Positions 27,046 to 37,634 of a DNA stretch of 64,000 nt are shown here, one piece after another. The DNA comes from Candidatus Nomurabacteria bacterium. GTDB lineage: Bacteria > Patescibacteriota > Patescibacteriia > HK-STAS-PATE-3. The stretch covers positions 256,001 through 320,000 of the forward strand of contig CP060223.1 in assembly GCA_023898465.1 (NCBI GenBank). The letters are read 5' to 3'. Below the pieces are notes generated by a model that did not search any database, was not told the DNA's origin, and worked only from the letters and a program-made list of their open reading frames with translations. Position 1 is the stretch's first letter, and every line of letters starts with the position of its first letter. A program made the translations under genes and the position numbers.

Positions 27046-29721
27046 ATGACAGGGGGGCAAACCTGGCACAAATACAGCACAAAAGACACAATACAAAAAC
27101 TGCGGGGGAGCCGACAGGGTCTTCGTTCTAAGCAAGCGCAGCAACGGCTCAAGCAGTACGGACCAAATGTGTTACCCGCGGCAGCTGGACGTACCGCGCT
27201 GCAAATTTGGGGTAGGCAATTTGCCAGTCCATTGATGTTGTTATTGATCGCGGCAGCTGGAGTGAGCTTTGCCCTGCGCGATACCATCGATGCACAAGTA
27301 ATTCTCGCCGCAGTTGTTTTAAATGTGGTGGTAGGATTTATCCAGGAGTATCGAGCCGAACGTACTTTGGAATCTTTGCGCAAGGTGGTTACTTTTGATG
27401 CGCTGGTGTTGCGCGATGGAGTAGAGCGGAGCGTGGCGGCGCAGGATATTGTGCCCGGTGATGTTTTGGTAGTGCGGGCCGGGATGCGAGTGGTGGCTGA
27501 TGCGCGTCTTCTCGAAGTAAATGATTTGCAGGTAAATGAAGCAAGTCTCACCGGTGAAAGCACGCCAGTAGAGAAAATACATAGTGCCCTCGACGGACAT
27601 TTGGGTTTAGGCGACCAGCACAACATGCTTTTTAACGGAACAACGGTTATTGCCGGTTCAGGTCAGGCAATAGTCGTAGCGACCGGCACCTCGACCGAGT
27701 TCGGTCAAATTGCTCAAACCGTGCAGAATGTAAAAGAGGATGCGACACCCTGGCAGCAGCGTTTGCAACGATTTAGCCGTTTTATTACCCTGGTCGTCCT
27801 GGGCGTTGCGGCAGCAATTTTCATATTAGGTGCTTTTACTGGCCGTTCCTTGCCTGAAATGTTTGCTGTGTCGGTAGCCATCGCTGTTGCCGCAATTCCG
27901 GAGGGTTTGGCTATTGGGGTAACTGTGGTGCTGGTGATTGGCATGCGACGTATTTTGCAGCAGCAAGCGCTGACTCGACAGCTGGTCGCCGTGGAAACGC
28001 TCGGTGCAATCAGTGTGCTGTGCTTTGATAAGACAGGCACGGTGACTGAAGGCAACATGGCTGTAGTGCGCGTGGTAACCGAAAACCATGATCTGCACGC
28101 CTCCTCCGACGAGCTGCACGCGCATAGTAAAGATGTGGCTTCAACCAAGAGCACTGTCCGACTTTTCAAAATCGCTCTGCTCTGCAATGACGCGCATATT
28201 GAAAATGAAGATAAAGCGCTGGAGCATCGCCTGGTCACGGGTAATCCCACTGAGCGCGCGCTCGTAAATGCAGCCCACGCTCTAGGATTGACTCGACATG
28301 CCCTCGAATCTGACGCGCCTCGAGTCGCCAGCATACCCTTTAGCTCAAATCGTAAATTCATGCTAACCGTGCATCATGATGCGCAAGGCGATGTGGCCTA
28401 TGCAAAAGGCGCGCCAGAGGTAATTTTACAGGCCACGCATGCTATAGATTTGGATGGGAAGGAAGTAAAGATACACAATGATCGTCGTCGTGAGCTTCTC
28501 CAACGCGCTGAGACTTTGAGTCGCGAAGGCCTCCGCGTCCTCGCTTTTGCCTATGCACGCTTGCCTGATCATAAGAATGACGAGCCAAGTGCGCTGCCGC
28601 AACTCACCTTTGTCGGATTTGCCGGCTTAAAAGATCCACTCCGCGCTGAGGCAAAAACAGCTGTGCAGGCGCTCCAACACGCTGGCATTCACGCTGCCAT
28701 GATTACCGGTGATCACAAATTTACTGCTCAGGCAATTGCGAAAGAGTTAGGCTTACCCATTGCGGCAAAACACATCCTAACTGGCCAGGACCTAGAGCGA
28801 CTCAGCGATGCGGACCTGCAAAAGAAAATTCGCGGCATCCATGTGTACGCTCGCGTGTCGGCAAAAGACAAGATACGCATTGTAAAAGCCTGGAAAGCCT
28901 TAGGCGAGGTGGTGGCTATGACCGGCGATGGTATCAACGACGCCGCAGCCTTGAAAGCAGCTGACGTTGGCATTGGTTTAGGGTCAGGTACTGAGGTAGC
29001 CAAAGAAGCTGCTAAGGTAATTCTGCTCAACGATAATATTCAAACGATTGAGTCAGCAGTGGAGCAGGGGAGGATAATTTTTGAAAATATTAAAAAGGTG
29101 ACGCTGTATTTACTTTCCGATGCCTTTTCCGCAGTTATTTTAGTCGCACTCAGTTTACTTGGCGGTTTACCACTGGCGCTTTCAGCTGCGCAGATACTCT
29201 GGATAAACCTTGTTACCGACGGCCTGCCAAACATGGCCCTGACTATTGAGCCAAAGGAGCGTAATGTGATGGCAGAAAAACCGCGTCCACGCAGCGAGCC
29301 ACTGCTTGATCAGACCGGTAAAATCTTTGTCGCCAGTATCAGTGCAGTTACGGGCGTGTTGTCTTTCATACTCTTCTTCATTGTGTTGCGGGAAAGTGGC
29401 AATGAAATTCTGGCTCGCTCGGTTGCCTATGCCGCCTTAGGCACTACGACTTTGCTATACGCCTTTAGCCTGCGTCATATCCGACAAGGCTTATTTAGTG
29501 GTAATCCATTTCAGAATCGTTGGCTCAATCTCGCGGTCGGTGTTGGACTCATTCTCCAAATCGGCGTGTTGTATTGGGCTCCTTTGCAGCATTTCCTTGG
29601 CACAACTGCGATTGACTGGACGCATTGGAAGTTAATTTTTGTTATGAATATCACGGTCTTGCTCTTTATTGAAGCGTTGAAGCTTTTTGTCCACAGTGGA
29701 AAGAAAAAGGCAGCTGCGTAG
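27046..29721 (+). CDS. P-type ATPase, type II cation (Ca2+/Mg2+-like) transporter
   Basis: DKTGTVT phosphorylation site, TGDHKFTA and GDGINDAAALK motifs, about 10 TM; 891 aa. Confidence 0.88.
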   Translation: MTGGQTWHKYSTKDTIQKLRGSRQGLRSKQAQQRLKQYGPNVLPAAAGRTALQIWGRQFASPLMLLLIAAAGVSFALRDTIDAQVILAAVVLNVVVGFIQEYRAERTLESLRKVVTFDALVLRDGVERSVAAQDIVPGDVLVVRAGMRVVADARLLEVNDLQVNEASLTGESTPVEKIHSALDGHLGLGDQHNMLFNGTTVIAGSGQAIVVATGTSTEFGQIAQTVQNVKEDATPWQQRLQRFSRFITLVVLGVAAAIFILGAFTGRSLPEMFAVSVAIAVAAIPEGLAIGVTVVLVIGMRRILQQQALTRQLVAVETLGAISVLCFDKTGTVTEGNMAVVRVVTENHDLHASSDELHAHSKDVASTKSTVRLFKIALLCNDAHIENEDKALEHRLVTGNPTERALVNAAHALGLTRHALESDAPRVASIPFSSNRKFMLTVHHDAQGDVAYAKGAPEVILQATHAIDLDGKEVKIHNDRRRELLQRAETLSREGLRVLAFAYARLPDHKNDEPSALPQLTFVGFAGLKDPLRAEAKTAVQALQHAGIHAAMITGDHKFTAQAIAKELGLPIAAKHILTGQDLERLSDADLQKKIRGIHVYARVSAKDKIRIVKAWKALGEVVAMTGDGINDAAALKAADVGIGLGSGTEVAKEAAKVILLNDNIQTIESAVEQGRIIFENIKKVTLYLLSDAFSAVILVALSLLGGLPLALSAAQILWINLVTDGLPNMALTIEPKERNVMAEKPRPRSEPLLDQTGKIFVASISAVTGVLSFILFFIVLRESGNEILARSVAYAALGTTTLLYAFSLRHIRQGLFSGNPFQNRWLNLAVGVGLILQIGVLYWAPLQHFLGTTAIDWTHWKLIFVMNITVLLFIEALKLFVHSGKKKAAA

Positions 29722-29784
29722 TCATTAGGGTAAAGTTGACGTTTCGCTTCAGAATAAGTACAATTTTAAGGTATTTACTGAACT

Positions 29785-31077
29785 ATGCCGACACTTCGGA
29801 TATCGGATATTGCTGAGCGTACCGGAGAGGAAATCACGCTCAAGGGTTGGGTAGCGAACCTGCGTTCCTCAGGTTCCATACTTTTTGTGCAGTTTCGTGA
29901 CGGAAGCGGCTTATTGCAGGCAATAGTGAGCAAAGACGCAGTTGGCGAGGAGCTTTTTCAGCAGGCAAAAACACTTACCATAGAGTCGTCCCTTAGCTTA
30001 ACCGGCGTCGTGCAGCAGGATGATCGCGCTCCGGGCGGCTATGAAATGCAGGTAAGTGCCTTGCACATCGTGCAGGTAGGTCAGGAATACCCCATAGGTA
30101 AAAAGGAGCACGGCGTTGATTTCCTCATGGATCATCGCCATTTGTGGCTGCGTTCACCGCGTCAGACTGCGATTTTGCGTATTCGCGACGAGATTATTTG
30201 GCAGTTGCGCAAATGGATGAAGGAAAACGGTTTTGTGTTAACTGATACGCCGATTCTCACTCCAACCTCTTGCGAAGGAACTACTACGCTTTTTGAAACT
30301 GATTACTTTGGCGAACCAGCGTATCTCGCACAGTCAGGTCAACTCTATTTAGAGGCAACCACTGCGGCCTTTGGGCGCGCCTATGACTTTGGACCGACCT
30401 TCCGGGCAGAAAAATCCAAAACCCGTCGCCATTTAACCGAATTCTGGATGCTCGATGCTGAAGCGGCTTTTGTGGACTTTGCCGGCAACATGGAAATTCA
30501 AGAGCAAATGATTTCGGCGGTCGTGCAAAATGTGTTACGGGAGCGTCAAAGTGATTTTGCCTTACTTGAACGCGATACCAGCTTCCTCGAAAAAGTAAAA
30601 GCGCCATTTCCACGACTCCGTTACGACGATGCCGTGAAAAAACTTCAGGAATTAGGAAATCCCATTAAAGTTGGTGACGATATTGGGGCTGACGAGGAAA
30701 TGCTTTTAACTAAGGAGTACGACACACCTTTCTTCCTCACGCATTTCCCCGCAGCGATTAAGGGATTTTATTTCCAGCCTGAGGAGGGGAACCCAGAGCG
30801 CGTCTTGGGCAGTGATTTACTCGCTCCTGAGGGTTATGGAGAGATTATTGGCGGCGCCCAGCGTATTCATGATCTCGCTTTACTCGAACAAAAAATGAAG
30901 GAATATAAGTTGCCGGTCAAAGACTACCAATGGTATCTCGACCTGCGTCGCTATGGTTCTTTCCCACATTCCGGTTTTGGACTCGGCTTGGAGCGAGTTG
31001 TGGCCTGGATGTGTGGATTGGATCACGTGCGAGAGAGTATTCCTTTTCCTCGACTCTTAACCAGACTACGCCCATGA
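29785..31077 (+). CDS. asnS: Asparaginyl-tRNA synthetase (class IIb)
   Basis: 430 aa; OB-fold N-terminus; motif 2 [21 protein letters not shown]; motif 3 [13 protein letters not shown]. Confidence 0.75.
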   Translation: MPTLRISDIAERTGEEITLKGWVANLRSSGSILFVQFRDGSGLLQAIVSKDAVGEELFQQAKTLTIESSLSLTGVVQQDDRAPGGYEMQVSALHIVQVGQEYPIGKKEHGVDFLMDHRHLWLRSPRQTAILRIRDEIIWQLRKWMKENGFVLTDTPILTPTSCEGTTTLFETDYFGEPAYLAQSGQLYLEATTAAFGRAYDFGPTFRAEKSKTRRHLTEFWMLDAEAAFVDFAGNMEIQEQMISAVVQNVLRERQSDFALLERDTSFLEKVKAPFPRLRYDDAVKKLQELGNPIKVGDDIGADEEMLLTKEYDTPFFLTHFPAAIKGFYFQPEEGNPERVLGSDLLAPEGYGEIIGGAQRIHDLALLEQKMKEYKLPVKDYQWYLDLRRYGSFPHSGFGLGLERVVAWMCGLDHVRESIPFPRLLTRLRP

Positions 31078-31487
31078 ACAAACAATGGATCATCTCCATC
31101 GTGAGTATTGCAGTTCTTTCTTTTGCTGCTGGCGTTTTCTTACTTGCTCGCGAGCAAAATAACTCTATCGATGCAGAAGTGCGCGGAGCAACCGATACGC
31201 GCGGTGTGTACAGTGTCTTAGTGCAAGCACATAGCCAAACAAGCGCTGATTTAAGCGGAATTCAGATTGAGGCGAGTCAATTAGGGACTGTGCAAGGTGA
31301 AAATCCTTTTTCTCAAATCTTAGCGATTGATACACAAAACGAGATTGTTTTTTCTCTTCCTGAAGGCAAATATTTACTGCATCCGGTGGATCAGGAATCC
31401 TATGCCGGTAGCACAGTTGTCGAGTTAAAGGGAAATACTACGGTTGATTTACGACTTGTTATGAAAACCCAAGAGGAAGCGCAATGA
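31074..31487 (+). CDS. Hypothetical membrane-anchored protein
   Basis: Met at 31074 overlapping the asnS stop; single N-terminal TM ([20 protein letters not shown]); 137 aa. Confidence 0.4.
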   Translation: MNKQWIISIVSIAVLSFAAGVFLLAREQNNSIDAEVRGATDTRGVYSVLVQAHSQTSADLSGIQIEASQLGTVQGENPFSQILAIDTQNEIVFSLPEGKYLLHPVDQESYAGSTVVELKGNTTVDLRLVMKTQEEAQ

Positions 31488-32893
31488 ATCGACGATTAAC
31501 TCGGGAAACGCCGGAACTTGTTGGCGAGGAAATAGTCTTAAAAGGATGGGTACATGCTCGCCGAAACATGGGTAAGCTTGTGTTTGTAGATTTGCGCGAC
31601 CGCTCTGGACTTGTACAGCTGGTTTTTTCGCAGGAAAACGCTGAGGTATACGCGATTGGTAAAAGTTTCCGCTCTGAGTTTGTGGTGAGCGTGCAAGGCA
31701 AGGTAGTGGAAAGAGAGGCAAATCGCGTTTCTGATGCGCCAAATGGTAAAGTTGAGGTGCTAGTGGAAAAAGCCGAGATTATCAGCCAATCTGAAACGCC
31801 TCCCTTTGAAATCGTGAATGAGGATCGCCAGGCAAATGACGAGCTGCGCTTGCAATATCGCTATCTAGATTTGCGACATGAACGCATGCAGCGAAATATC
31901 AAGAAGCGACATCAGATGGCACAGTTTGTTCGCCGCTATTTAAGCGAGCAGGATTTCACTGAAATTCACACGCCGATTTTATCGAAATCGACTCCAGAAG
32001 GCGCTCGTGACTTCCTGGTGCCGTCGCGATTACAAGCTGGTAAATTTTTTGCCCTACCGCAGTCTCCTCAACAGTATAAGCAGCTTTTGATGGTAGCCGG
32101 CTTTGAGCGCTATTTCCAAATCGCTCCATGCTTCCGCGATGAAGATGCTCGAGTCGATCGAGCGCCGGGCGACTTTTATCAAATTGATATGGAGTTGTCG
32201 TTTGTGACCCAGGATGAAATCCTTCGCTTGACTGAGGAAATGTTCACCAAGCTAATCGCTGAAGTATTTCCAGAAAAGAAAATCCTGCAATCGCCCTGGC
32301 CGCGGCTCACACACGCTGAGGTGATGGAGAAATACGGCACGGACAAACCTGATTTGCGTAAGAATAAAGACGACGATAATGAGCTGGCTTTTGCCTGGGT
32401 GCTTGATTTCCCGCTTTTTGTCACGCAGTCTGAGGAAGATTTCTTTCACGGTTCTGGGAAATCTCGTTACGCGCCTTCGCACCACATGTTCACCGCGCCC
32501 AAGGAAGAGGATATTCCTATGCTCGACAGCGATCCTGGCAAAGTGCGCTCATACCAGCATGATTTAGTGCTGAATGGCTTTGAAGTCGGTGGGGGAAGTA
32601 TGCGTATTCATCAACCAGAGATTCAGGAAAAAGTGTTTGACATCATTGGTTTTACCAAGGAGCAAAAAAAAGAATTCCGTCACTTACTCACTGCGTTTAA
32701 ATACGGCGTGCCTCCGCACGGTGGTATTGCTCCAGGCTTTGATCGCTTACTTTTCCGTTTATTGGGCGAGACAAGCATTCGGGAAATTATTCCTTTCCCG
32801 CTCACGTCAGATGGCCGTGATCCAATGATGGGATCGCCTTCAAAAGTCGCTCCAAATCAACTTCGCGATTTACATATTCGTGTAGAGAAGTAA
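31484..32893 (+). CDS. aspS: Aspartyl-tRNA synthetase, bacterial type but lacking the GAD insertion domain
   Basis: FFALPQSPQQYKQLLMVAGFERYFQIAPCFRDEDARVDR (motif 1/2 region). 469 aa versus about 590 for GAD-containing AspRS. Confidence 0.85.
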   Translation: MNRRLTRETPELVGEEIVLKGWVHARRNMGKLVFVDLRDRSGLVQLVFSQENAEVYAIGKSFRSEFVVSVQGKVVEREANRVSDAPNGKVEVLVEKAEIISQSETPPFEIVNEDRQANDELRLQYRYLDLRHERMQRNIKKRHQMAQFVRRYLSEQDFTEIHTPILSKSTPEGARDFLVPSRLQAGKFFALPQSPQQYKQLLMVAGFERYFQIAPCFRDEDARVDRAPGDFYQIDMELSFVTQDEILRLTEEMFTKLIAEVFPEKKILQSPWPRLTHAEVMEKYGTDKPDLRKNKDDDNELAFAWVLDFPLFVTQSEEDFFHGSGKSRYAPSHHMFTAPKEEDIPMLDSDPGKVRSYQHDLVLNGFEVGGGSMRIHQPEIQEKVFDIIGFTKEQKKEFRHLLTAFKYGVPPHGGIAPGFDRLLFRLLGETSIREIIPFPLTSDGRDPMMGSPSKVAPNQLRDLHIRVEK

Positions 32894-32895
32894 GT

Positions 32896-33228
32896 ATGGG
32901 CCTCTCGCGCCTGCAGAAATATATCCTGAGGGAATTGGCGCAGACTCGACAAAAACAGGTGCCGAGCCAGCAGTTTCGTAAGTATTACACGAAGCAGTCA
33001 GCCAAGCCCAAGCAGAACGACATCGTTTCCATTGTCAGCACTTCCATTGAGCGTTTAATTGAGAGGGGGCTAGTCGTTGGCTACGGACGTCGCACCAAAG
33101 AGAAGTGGTTTATTGAAACGATTAGTCTGACTCCGAACGGTCGACATATCGCCAGAGCCTTACTCGGTCAACAACAGCGCTTGCCGCTCTTCCGCAGAAA
33201 AAAACATTCATCATCTTCCCATGCCTAA
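32896..33228 (+). CDS. Hypothetical basic protein
   Basis: 110 aa, lysine/arginine-rich, no recognised motifs. Confidence 0.35.
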   Translation: MGLSRLQKYILRELAQTRQKQVPSQQFRKYYTKQSAKPKQNDIVSIVSTSIERLIERGLVVGYGRRTKEKWFIETISLTPNGRHIARALLGQQQRLPLFRRKKHSSSSHA

Positions 33229-33814
33229 AAAAACTCCAAAGATTCCTCCCAAAGTAGATCGTTACCTTAGCCAAGCTGAATATCGCTTCGAGGCTTTTGT
33301 ACACCGAACGGTTTTTACGGCCTATGATTTAGCGCAGACCCTGAAATTTCCTTTAGAGAAAATCGCGAAAGTATTGCTGGTGCGGGCTGATAAGGACTTC
33401 GCGCTTATTGTGGTGGCAGCTAAGCGACGCCTGGACATGGCCAAAATCAAGAAGGCGCTCAAAGTAAAAAGCGTGAAAATTGCCAGCGAGAAAGATATGG
33501 TGAAGTACTTTAAGGTAAAAGCCGGTGCGATGACTGCCTTTGCCAAACTGCACGGCATTACCATGGCGCTGGATCGCGGATTAGCCAAAGAGTCGCAGGT
33601 GCTTTTCCCCAGTGGTGATTTTCAAATCGCCTTGCGGCTTTCTCCTAAGCAAGTGGTGAAGAATGAAGAGGCTATCCTGGCTGATTTGAGCGTTGCCACT
33701 AATCTGAAACTGCAGACACCCAAAAAGCCTCAGAAGAAATCCCGCCCAAAGAAAAAGGCGCGTCCCAGCAAAAAGAAAGTTTCATCGCCTAAACGGAAGA
33801 AGGGGAAGCGCTAG
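33221..33814 (+). CDS. YbaK/ProX-like aminoacyl-tRNA deacylase domain protein with lysine-rich C-terminal tail
   Basis: Central region (KVLLVRADKDFALIVVAAKRRLDMAKIKKAL...AGAMTAF) resembles the YbaK/EbsC editing fold. Last about 35 aa are about 50% Lys/Arg. Confidence 0.45.
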   Translation: MPKKTPKIPPKVDRYLSQAEYRFEAFVHRTVFTAYDLAQTLKFPLEKIAKVLLVRADKDFALIVVAAKRRLDMAKIKKALKVKSVKIASEKDMVKYFKVKAGAMTAFAKLHGITMALDRGLAKESQVLFPSGDFQIALRLSPKQVVKNEEAILADLSVATNLKLQTPKKPQKKSRPKKKARPSKKKVSSPKRKKGKR

Positions 33815-34533
33815 TGTATCAAATCAAGCTGCAGCAATTTGAAGGGCCGCTTGATCTGCTTTTGCGTTTGATTGAGCAGAATCAGCTGGATATTTCTCAA
33901 TTAGCCCTGGCGGAAGTCACCGAGCAGTTTATTGCAGAGATTGAAGCGGCTGAGTATATGAGTCCGGAGGAGCTGGCTGACTTCTTAGTCGTGGCTGCTA
34001 AACTGCTCTACATCAAGTCAAAAATACTCTTACCGCGTGATGAAGAGGATGAGGAAGAAGACCCGGGCATTTCCTTAGAGCAGCAGCTACGTCTTTACCG
34101 AGCCTACATTGATGCAGCCAAGCATATTGCCGAGCGCTGGCAAAAAGGCGATCGTATGTTTGTGCGCGAGCAGGCTAGTTTGCCTGAATCAATTTTCTTA
34201 CCACCACCGGGTGTGACACCAACCTTGCTCCAAGAGTTACTCTTGCACGTGATTGCCGGTATTGAGCCGATTGTGAATGTGAACGAAGGTGTGGTGCGCG
34301 CCACCGTAAACATCCGCGAAAAAATTACGCAAATTCGCGACATGCTGACTGCACAGCCCGACATTCGCTTCAATTCCTTGCTCGAAAAAATTACCACCAA
34401 GACTGAACTCGTTGTTACCTTCTTAGCCATGCTGGAGTTGGTCAAGCAGCGTTCAGTATTGCTGCACCAAGAAGATAATTTTTCCGACATTGTTATTTCC
34501 AGTTATAATGAAAGTCCTAACGAAAACGTATGA
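33814..34533 (+). CDS. scpA: Segregation and condensation protein A
   Basis: N-terminal FEGPLDLLLRLIEQNQLDISQLALAEVTEQF; paired with scpB downstream. Confidence 0.85.
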   Translation: MYQIKLQQFEGPLDLLLRLIEQNQLDISQLALAEVTEQFIAEIEAAEYMSPEELADFLVVAAKLLYIKSKILLPRDEEDEEEDPGISLEQQLRLYRAYIDAAKHIAERWQKGDRMFVREQASLPESIFLPPPGVTPTLLQELLLHVIAGIEPIVNVNEGVVRATVNIREKITQIRDMLTAQPDIRFNSLLEKITTKTELVVTFLAMLELVKQRSVLLHQEDNFSDIVISSYNESPNENV

Positions 34534-35237
34534 CACTTGAAGCCCAAATCGAAGCATTACTTTTTGCCAGCGCCCGATCTATCAGCCTGAAAAAAATCAG
34601 CGAGCTTACGCAGCAAGACACTGAGAAGGTGCAAAGCGCGGTAGAGCAGCTTATTGAAAAATATCGCAGCGAAGAGCGAGGGATTCGACTTATTCGTCAG
34701 GCGCAATCCGTCCAAATGGCCACCAGCGCTGAGGCCAGCGACATTGTCACCGCTCTGGTAAAGGATGATCAGCGGGCTGAGCTGACCAAACCGGCCCTGG
34801 AAACACTCACCATCATTGCTTACCGTGGACCGATTACCAAGGCAGAGCTCGACACTATCCGTGGTGTGAACTGCAGTTTGATTCTCCGCAACCTGATGAT
34901 TAAGGGCTTGGTGGAAACAGCGGAACGCGGACAAAAAATAATGACGAGCTATCAAGTGACCAATGATTTTCTGAGCTTCCTTGGATTGGAAAATATTGAT
35001 CAACTGCCTGACTATGCTACCTTGCATAGTGAAGAGCACATGAATAAGCTCCTGGAAAACGACGCAAAAGCCGCTACAGAAGCAGAAAAGACTGCTGAGG
35101 AAGGCGAGGACAAGCCTCAGGAGCAGTCTGAAGAGCCGACTCAAGCTATAGAGGACGAGACAAGCTCCAGTGAACATGCTTCATCAGATGGAAACGATGA
35201 GGCGAGCGAAGGGGAACATGATCAAAACACCAACTGA
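34530..35237 (+). CDS. scpB: Segregation and condensation protein B (with acidic C-terminal tail)
   Basis: EAQIEALLFASARSISLKKI winged-helix start; ATGA overlap with scpA. Confidence 0.85.
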   Translation: MTLEAQIEALLFASARSISLKKISELTQQDTEKVQSAVEQLIEKYRSEERGIRLIRQAQSVQMATSAEASDIVTALVKDDQRAELTKPALETLTIIAYRGPITKAELDTIRGVNCSLILRNLMIKGLVETAERGQKIMTSYQVTNDFLSFLGLENIDQLPDYATLHSEEHMNKLLENDAKAATEAEKTAEEGEDKPQEQSEEPTQAIEDETSSSEHASSDGNDEASEGEHDQNTN

Positions 35238-36051
35238 ATTTACCAAGCGCAATGAGCCCTTCTTTGTGTTGGGCAATTGGAAAATGCATTTACGCGCCAG
35301 TGAGAGTGCGCGCATAGCCAAGGGTTTGGTGAGCACGGCCAAGCGCGTGCAGGGCAAGGTGACGACGGTGGTCTTCCCTAGCTTTCCCGCATTAGAGAAG
35401 GTCCACACCCAGGTAAAAAAGAGCGCGGTGCAGCTGGGAGCGCAAAATATGTCTTGGGAACTAGATGCCAGTGATACTGGTGAGGTTTCGGCTGAGCAGA
35501 TTAAGGAATTTGGTGCGTCCTGGGTTATTATTGGCCATTCTGAACGGCGCTTAAAACTGGCTGAGTCAGATGAAATGATAGAGCGTAAATTGGCTGCAGC
35601 GCTTTTGCGCGGGTTGCAGCCGGTCTTATGCGTGGGCGAGTCTGCACTTGAGCGTAACCAAGGCAGGGGATTATTGCATATCATGCATCAAGTTGAATCA
35701 GCCATGCGTTACGTGCAGCCGCAAAAAGATCAGGTGATTACCATTGCCTATGAGCCAATCTGGGCTATTTCACCTGGTAAACCCTGCGAGCCGGCTGATG
35801 CTGATGAAATGACGCAAAATATCCGACAAGTTCTCATTGACCGCTACGGGGTAAAACCAGCCTACCAACATTTCCGGATTCTCTATGGCGGGAGCGTCGA
35901 TGCCAACAATATTGCCTCGTATTTACGCTTAGATGAAGTTTCCGGCGTACTTGTCGGCAGCGCCTCGCTGAAAATTCCTTCATTTCGTGCTATGCTAGTG
36001 AAAGCTGCTCAGCTTCGGCAGTCGTTAGTAAAGAAGCGCACTCATTCCTAA
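35218..36051 (+). CDS. tpiA: Triose-phosphate isomerase
   Basis: GNWKMH, IIGHSERR and YEPIWAI catalytic motifs; start taken at MIKTPTEF. Confidence 0.9.
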   Translation: MIKTPTEFTKRNEPFFVLGNWKMHLRASESARIAKGLVSTAKRVQGKVTTVVFPSFPALEKVHTQVKKSAVQLGAQNMSWELDASDTGEVSAEQIKEFGASWVIIGHSERRLKLAESDEMIERKLAAALLRGLQPVLCVGESALERNQGRGLLHIMHQVESAMRYVQPQKDQVITIAYEPIWAISPGKPCEPADADEMTQNIRQVLIDRYGVKPAYQHFRILYGGSVDANNIASYLRLDEVSGVLVGSASLKIPSFRAMLVKAAQLRQSLVKKRTHS

Positions 36052-36064
36052 TACTCCCGTATCC

Positions 36065-37090
36065 ATGCCACGTAAGACTTCTGCAAAACGACGACTCGCC
36101 ATTAACGGATTTGGCCGAATTGGACGAGCTGCTTTTAAAATTGCTTTAGAAAGTAAAAAGTTTGATATTGTCGCGATTAACGACCTGACTGATACCGAAA
36201 GTCTGGCCATGCTCCTGAAGCATGATTCGGTGTATCGCAACTTCAATCACAAGGTTGGCTTTACCAAGGATTCCCTTATTGTGGATGGTAAAAAAATTCG
36301 CATTCTGGCTGAAAAAGATCCGGCTATGTTGCCTTGGAAGCGTCTGAAGATTGACGTGGTGCTCGAATGTACTGGCCGCTTTGTGAAGGATGGCGCTGCC
36401 CGGGCCCATATCAAAGCAGGTGCCAAAGCAGCTGTCGTTTCTGCGCCAACCAAGGGCGGAGACATCCCAACAGCCTTACTCGGTGTGCGTCAACCAAAGC
36501 CCGGCGAGCAGGTCGTTTCTAACGCTTCTTGCACTACGAATAACGTCGCACCGGTCACTCGAGTGATTATGGAGAATTTCGGCGTGTTGCGAGCAGCCAT
36601 GACCACGATTCACTCCTACACGGCTGAGCAAAACTTGGTTGACGGCCCACCGCCACCATTGCACCGCGATTTACGACGTATGCGAGCTGCTGCGGTTAAC
36701 CTCGTACCAACCACTTCTGGCGCGGCTATTGCCACGACCGAGGTGATTCCTGAGCTTAAGGGCTCCTTTGATGGTTTTGCTATTCGCGTGCCAACACCAG
36801 TGGTGTCCTTGTCTGACTTCACTTTCCTGGTAAAGAAAAAGACCACTATCGAAGAAGTAAACCGAGCCATGAAAAAGGCGGCTGAGGATCCTTCCTACAA
36901 AAATGTGCTGGCCGTAAATGAAGAACCACGCGTCTCTAGCGACTTTATTGGCGACCCACATTCTGCAATAGTTGACTTACCGCTCACGAATGTGATAGGT
37001 GGCGACCTTGTCAAAATCGTGGCTTGGTATGATAATGAATGGGGATATTCAACGCGGCTGGTAGAGATGGCACAGAAAGTGCATATCTAA
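36065..37090 (+). CDS. gap: Glyceraldehyde-3-phosphate dehydrogenase
   Basis: INGFGRIGR NAD-binding; active-site SCTTN; 341 aa. Confidence 0.92.
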   Translation: MPRKTSAKRRLAINGFGRIGRAAFKIALESKKFDIVAINDLTDTESLAMLLKHDSVYRNFNHKVGFTKDSLIVDGKKIRILAEKDPAMLPWKRLKIDVVLECTGRFVKDGAARAHIKAGAKAAVVSAPTKGGDIPTALLGVRQPKPGEQVVSNASCTTNNVAPVTRVIMENFGVLRAAMTTIHSYTAEQNLVDGPPPPLHRDLRRMRAAAVNLVPTTSGAAIATTEVIPELKGSFDGFAIRVPTPVVSLSDFTFLVKKKTTIEEVNRAMKKAAEDPSYKNVLAVNEEPRVSSDFIGDPHSAIVDLPLTNVIGGDLVKIVAWYDNEWGYSTRLVEMAQKVHI

Positions 37091-37126
37091 AAGCACGCAA
37101 AAAACGAAAGGGGGTGTATTCCGTAC

Positions 37127-37312
37127 ATGTTACAGCTTAATTCATCAATGCTCGCCAGAGCCTTTCTCTGGTTCGGCCTCGTTTGTGGGTTGTTTGCCGT
37201 ATTAACCCAGCTGTCTGGTAAGACTTTCTTTGCCAGCTCGTTTTTCTATCTACAGGCCGGTATTTTAGGCGTCTTAGCCAGCATTGCCGTCCGAATGGAT
37301 AAGAATAAGTAG
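37127..37312 (+). CDS. Small two-TM membrane protein (hypothetical)
   Basis: 61 aa, two hydrophobic segments; weak. Confidence 0.3.
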   Translation: MLQLNSSMLARAFLWFGLVCGLFAVLTQLSGKTFFASSFFYLQAGILGVLASIAVRMDKNK

Positions 37313-37381
37313 TTTGAGCAGGGCCATAATGAAGGGCTTGGCGAATTGCGTAGTTTTTGTTACCCTACGCTGGTATTTCGG

Positions 37382-37456
37382 GGCCCTATCGTCTAGTGGC
37401 TAGGACGCATGGTTCTCATCCATGTAACAGGGGTTCGATTCCCCTTAGGGCTACCA
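37382..37456 (+). tRNA. tRNA-Glu (anticodon CUC), CCA encoded
   Basis: Strong similarity to canonical tRNA-Glu (TCGTCTAGTGGCTAGGAC D-arm; anticodon loop TTCTCAT; T-arm GGGGTTCGATTCCCC; acceptor GGCCCTA/TAGGGCT with G1-U72). Confidence 0.85.
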
Positions 37457-37610
37457 GCCCGCTTAGCGGGCTCTGCTGATAAGGATAGAAGAAAGTAAAA
37501 GTGGAATGTTTAGCATGTTGTTTTATAAGTTAAGGAATCGAACGGGCGAGGACGTCTGCCAGCGGCAGGCGACCGCAAGCCCCGGCCTGAAGTCCCGATA
37601 GGGACGGAAT

Positions 37611-37634
37611 GGTCGATTCCCCTTAGGGCTACCA
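37611..37634 (+). repeat. Direct repeat of the 3' 24-25 nt of tRNA-Glu (candidate att scar, or a tRNA-like RNA 3' end)
   Basis: GGTCGATTCCCCTTAGGGCTACCA matches tRNA positions 37432-37456 apart from a 1-nt deletion, and lies 155 bp downstream. Confidence 0.7.

Noticed and set aside
26841-27626. 261-aa reverse-strand ORF
   Set aside because: Antisense to the well-supported P-type ATPase gene. Ser/Arg/Ala-rich composition is typical of off-frame GC-rich translation, and there is no RBS.
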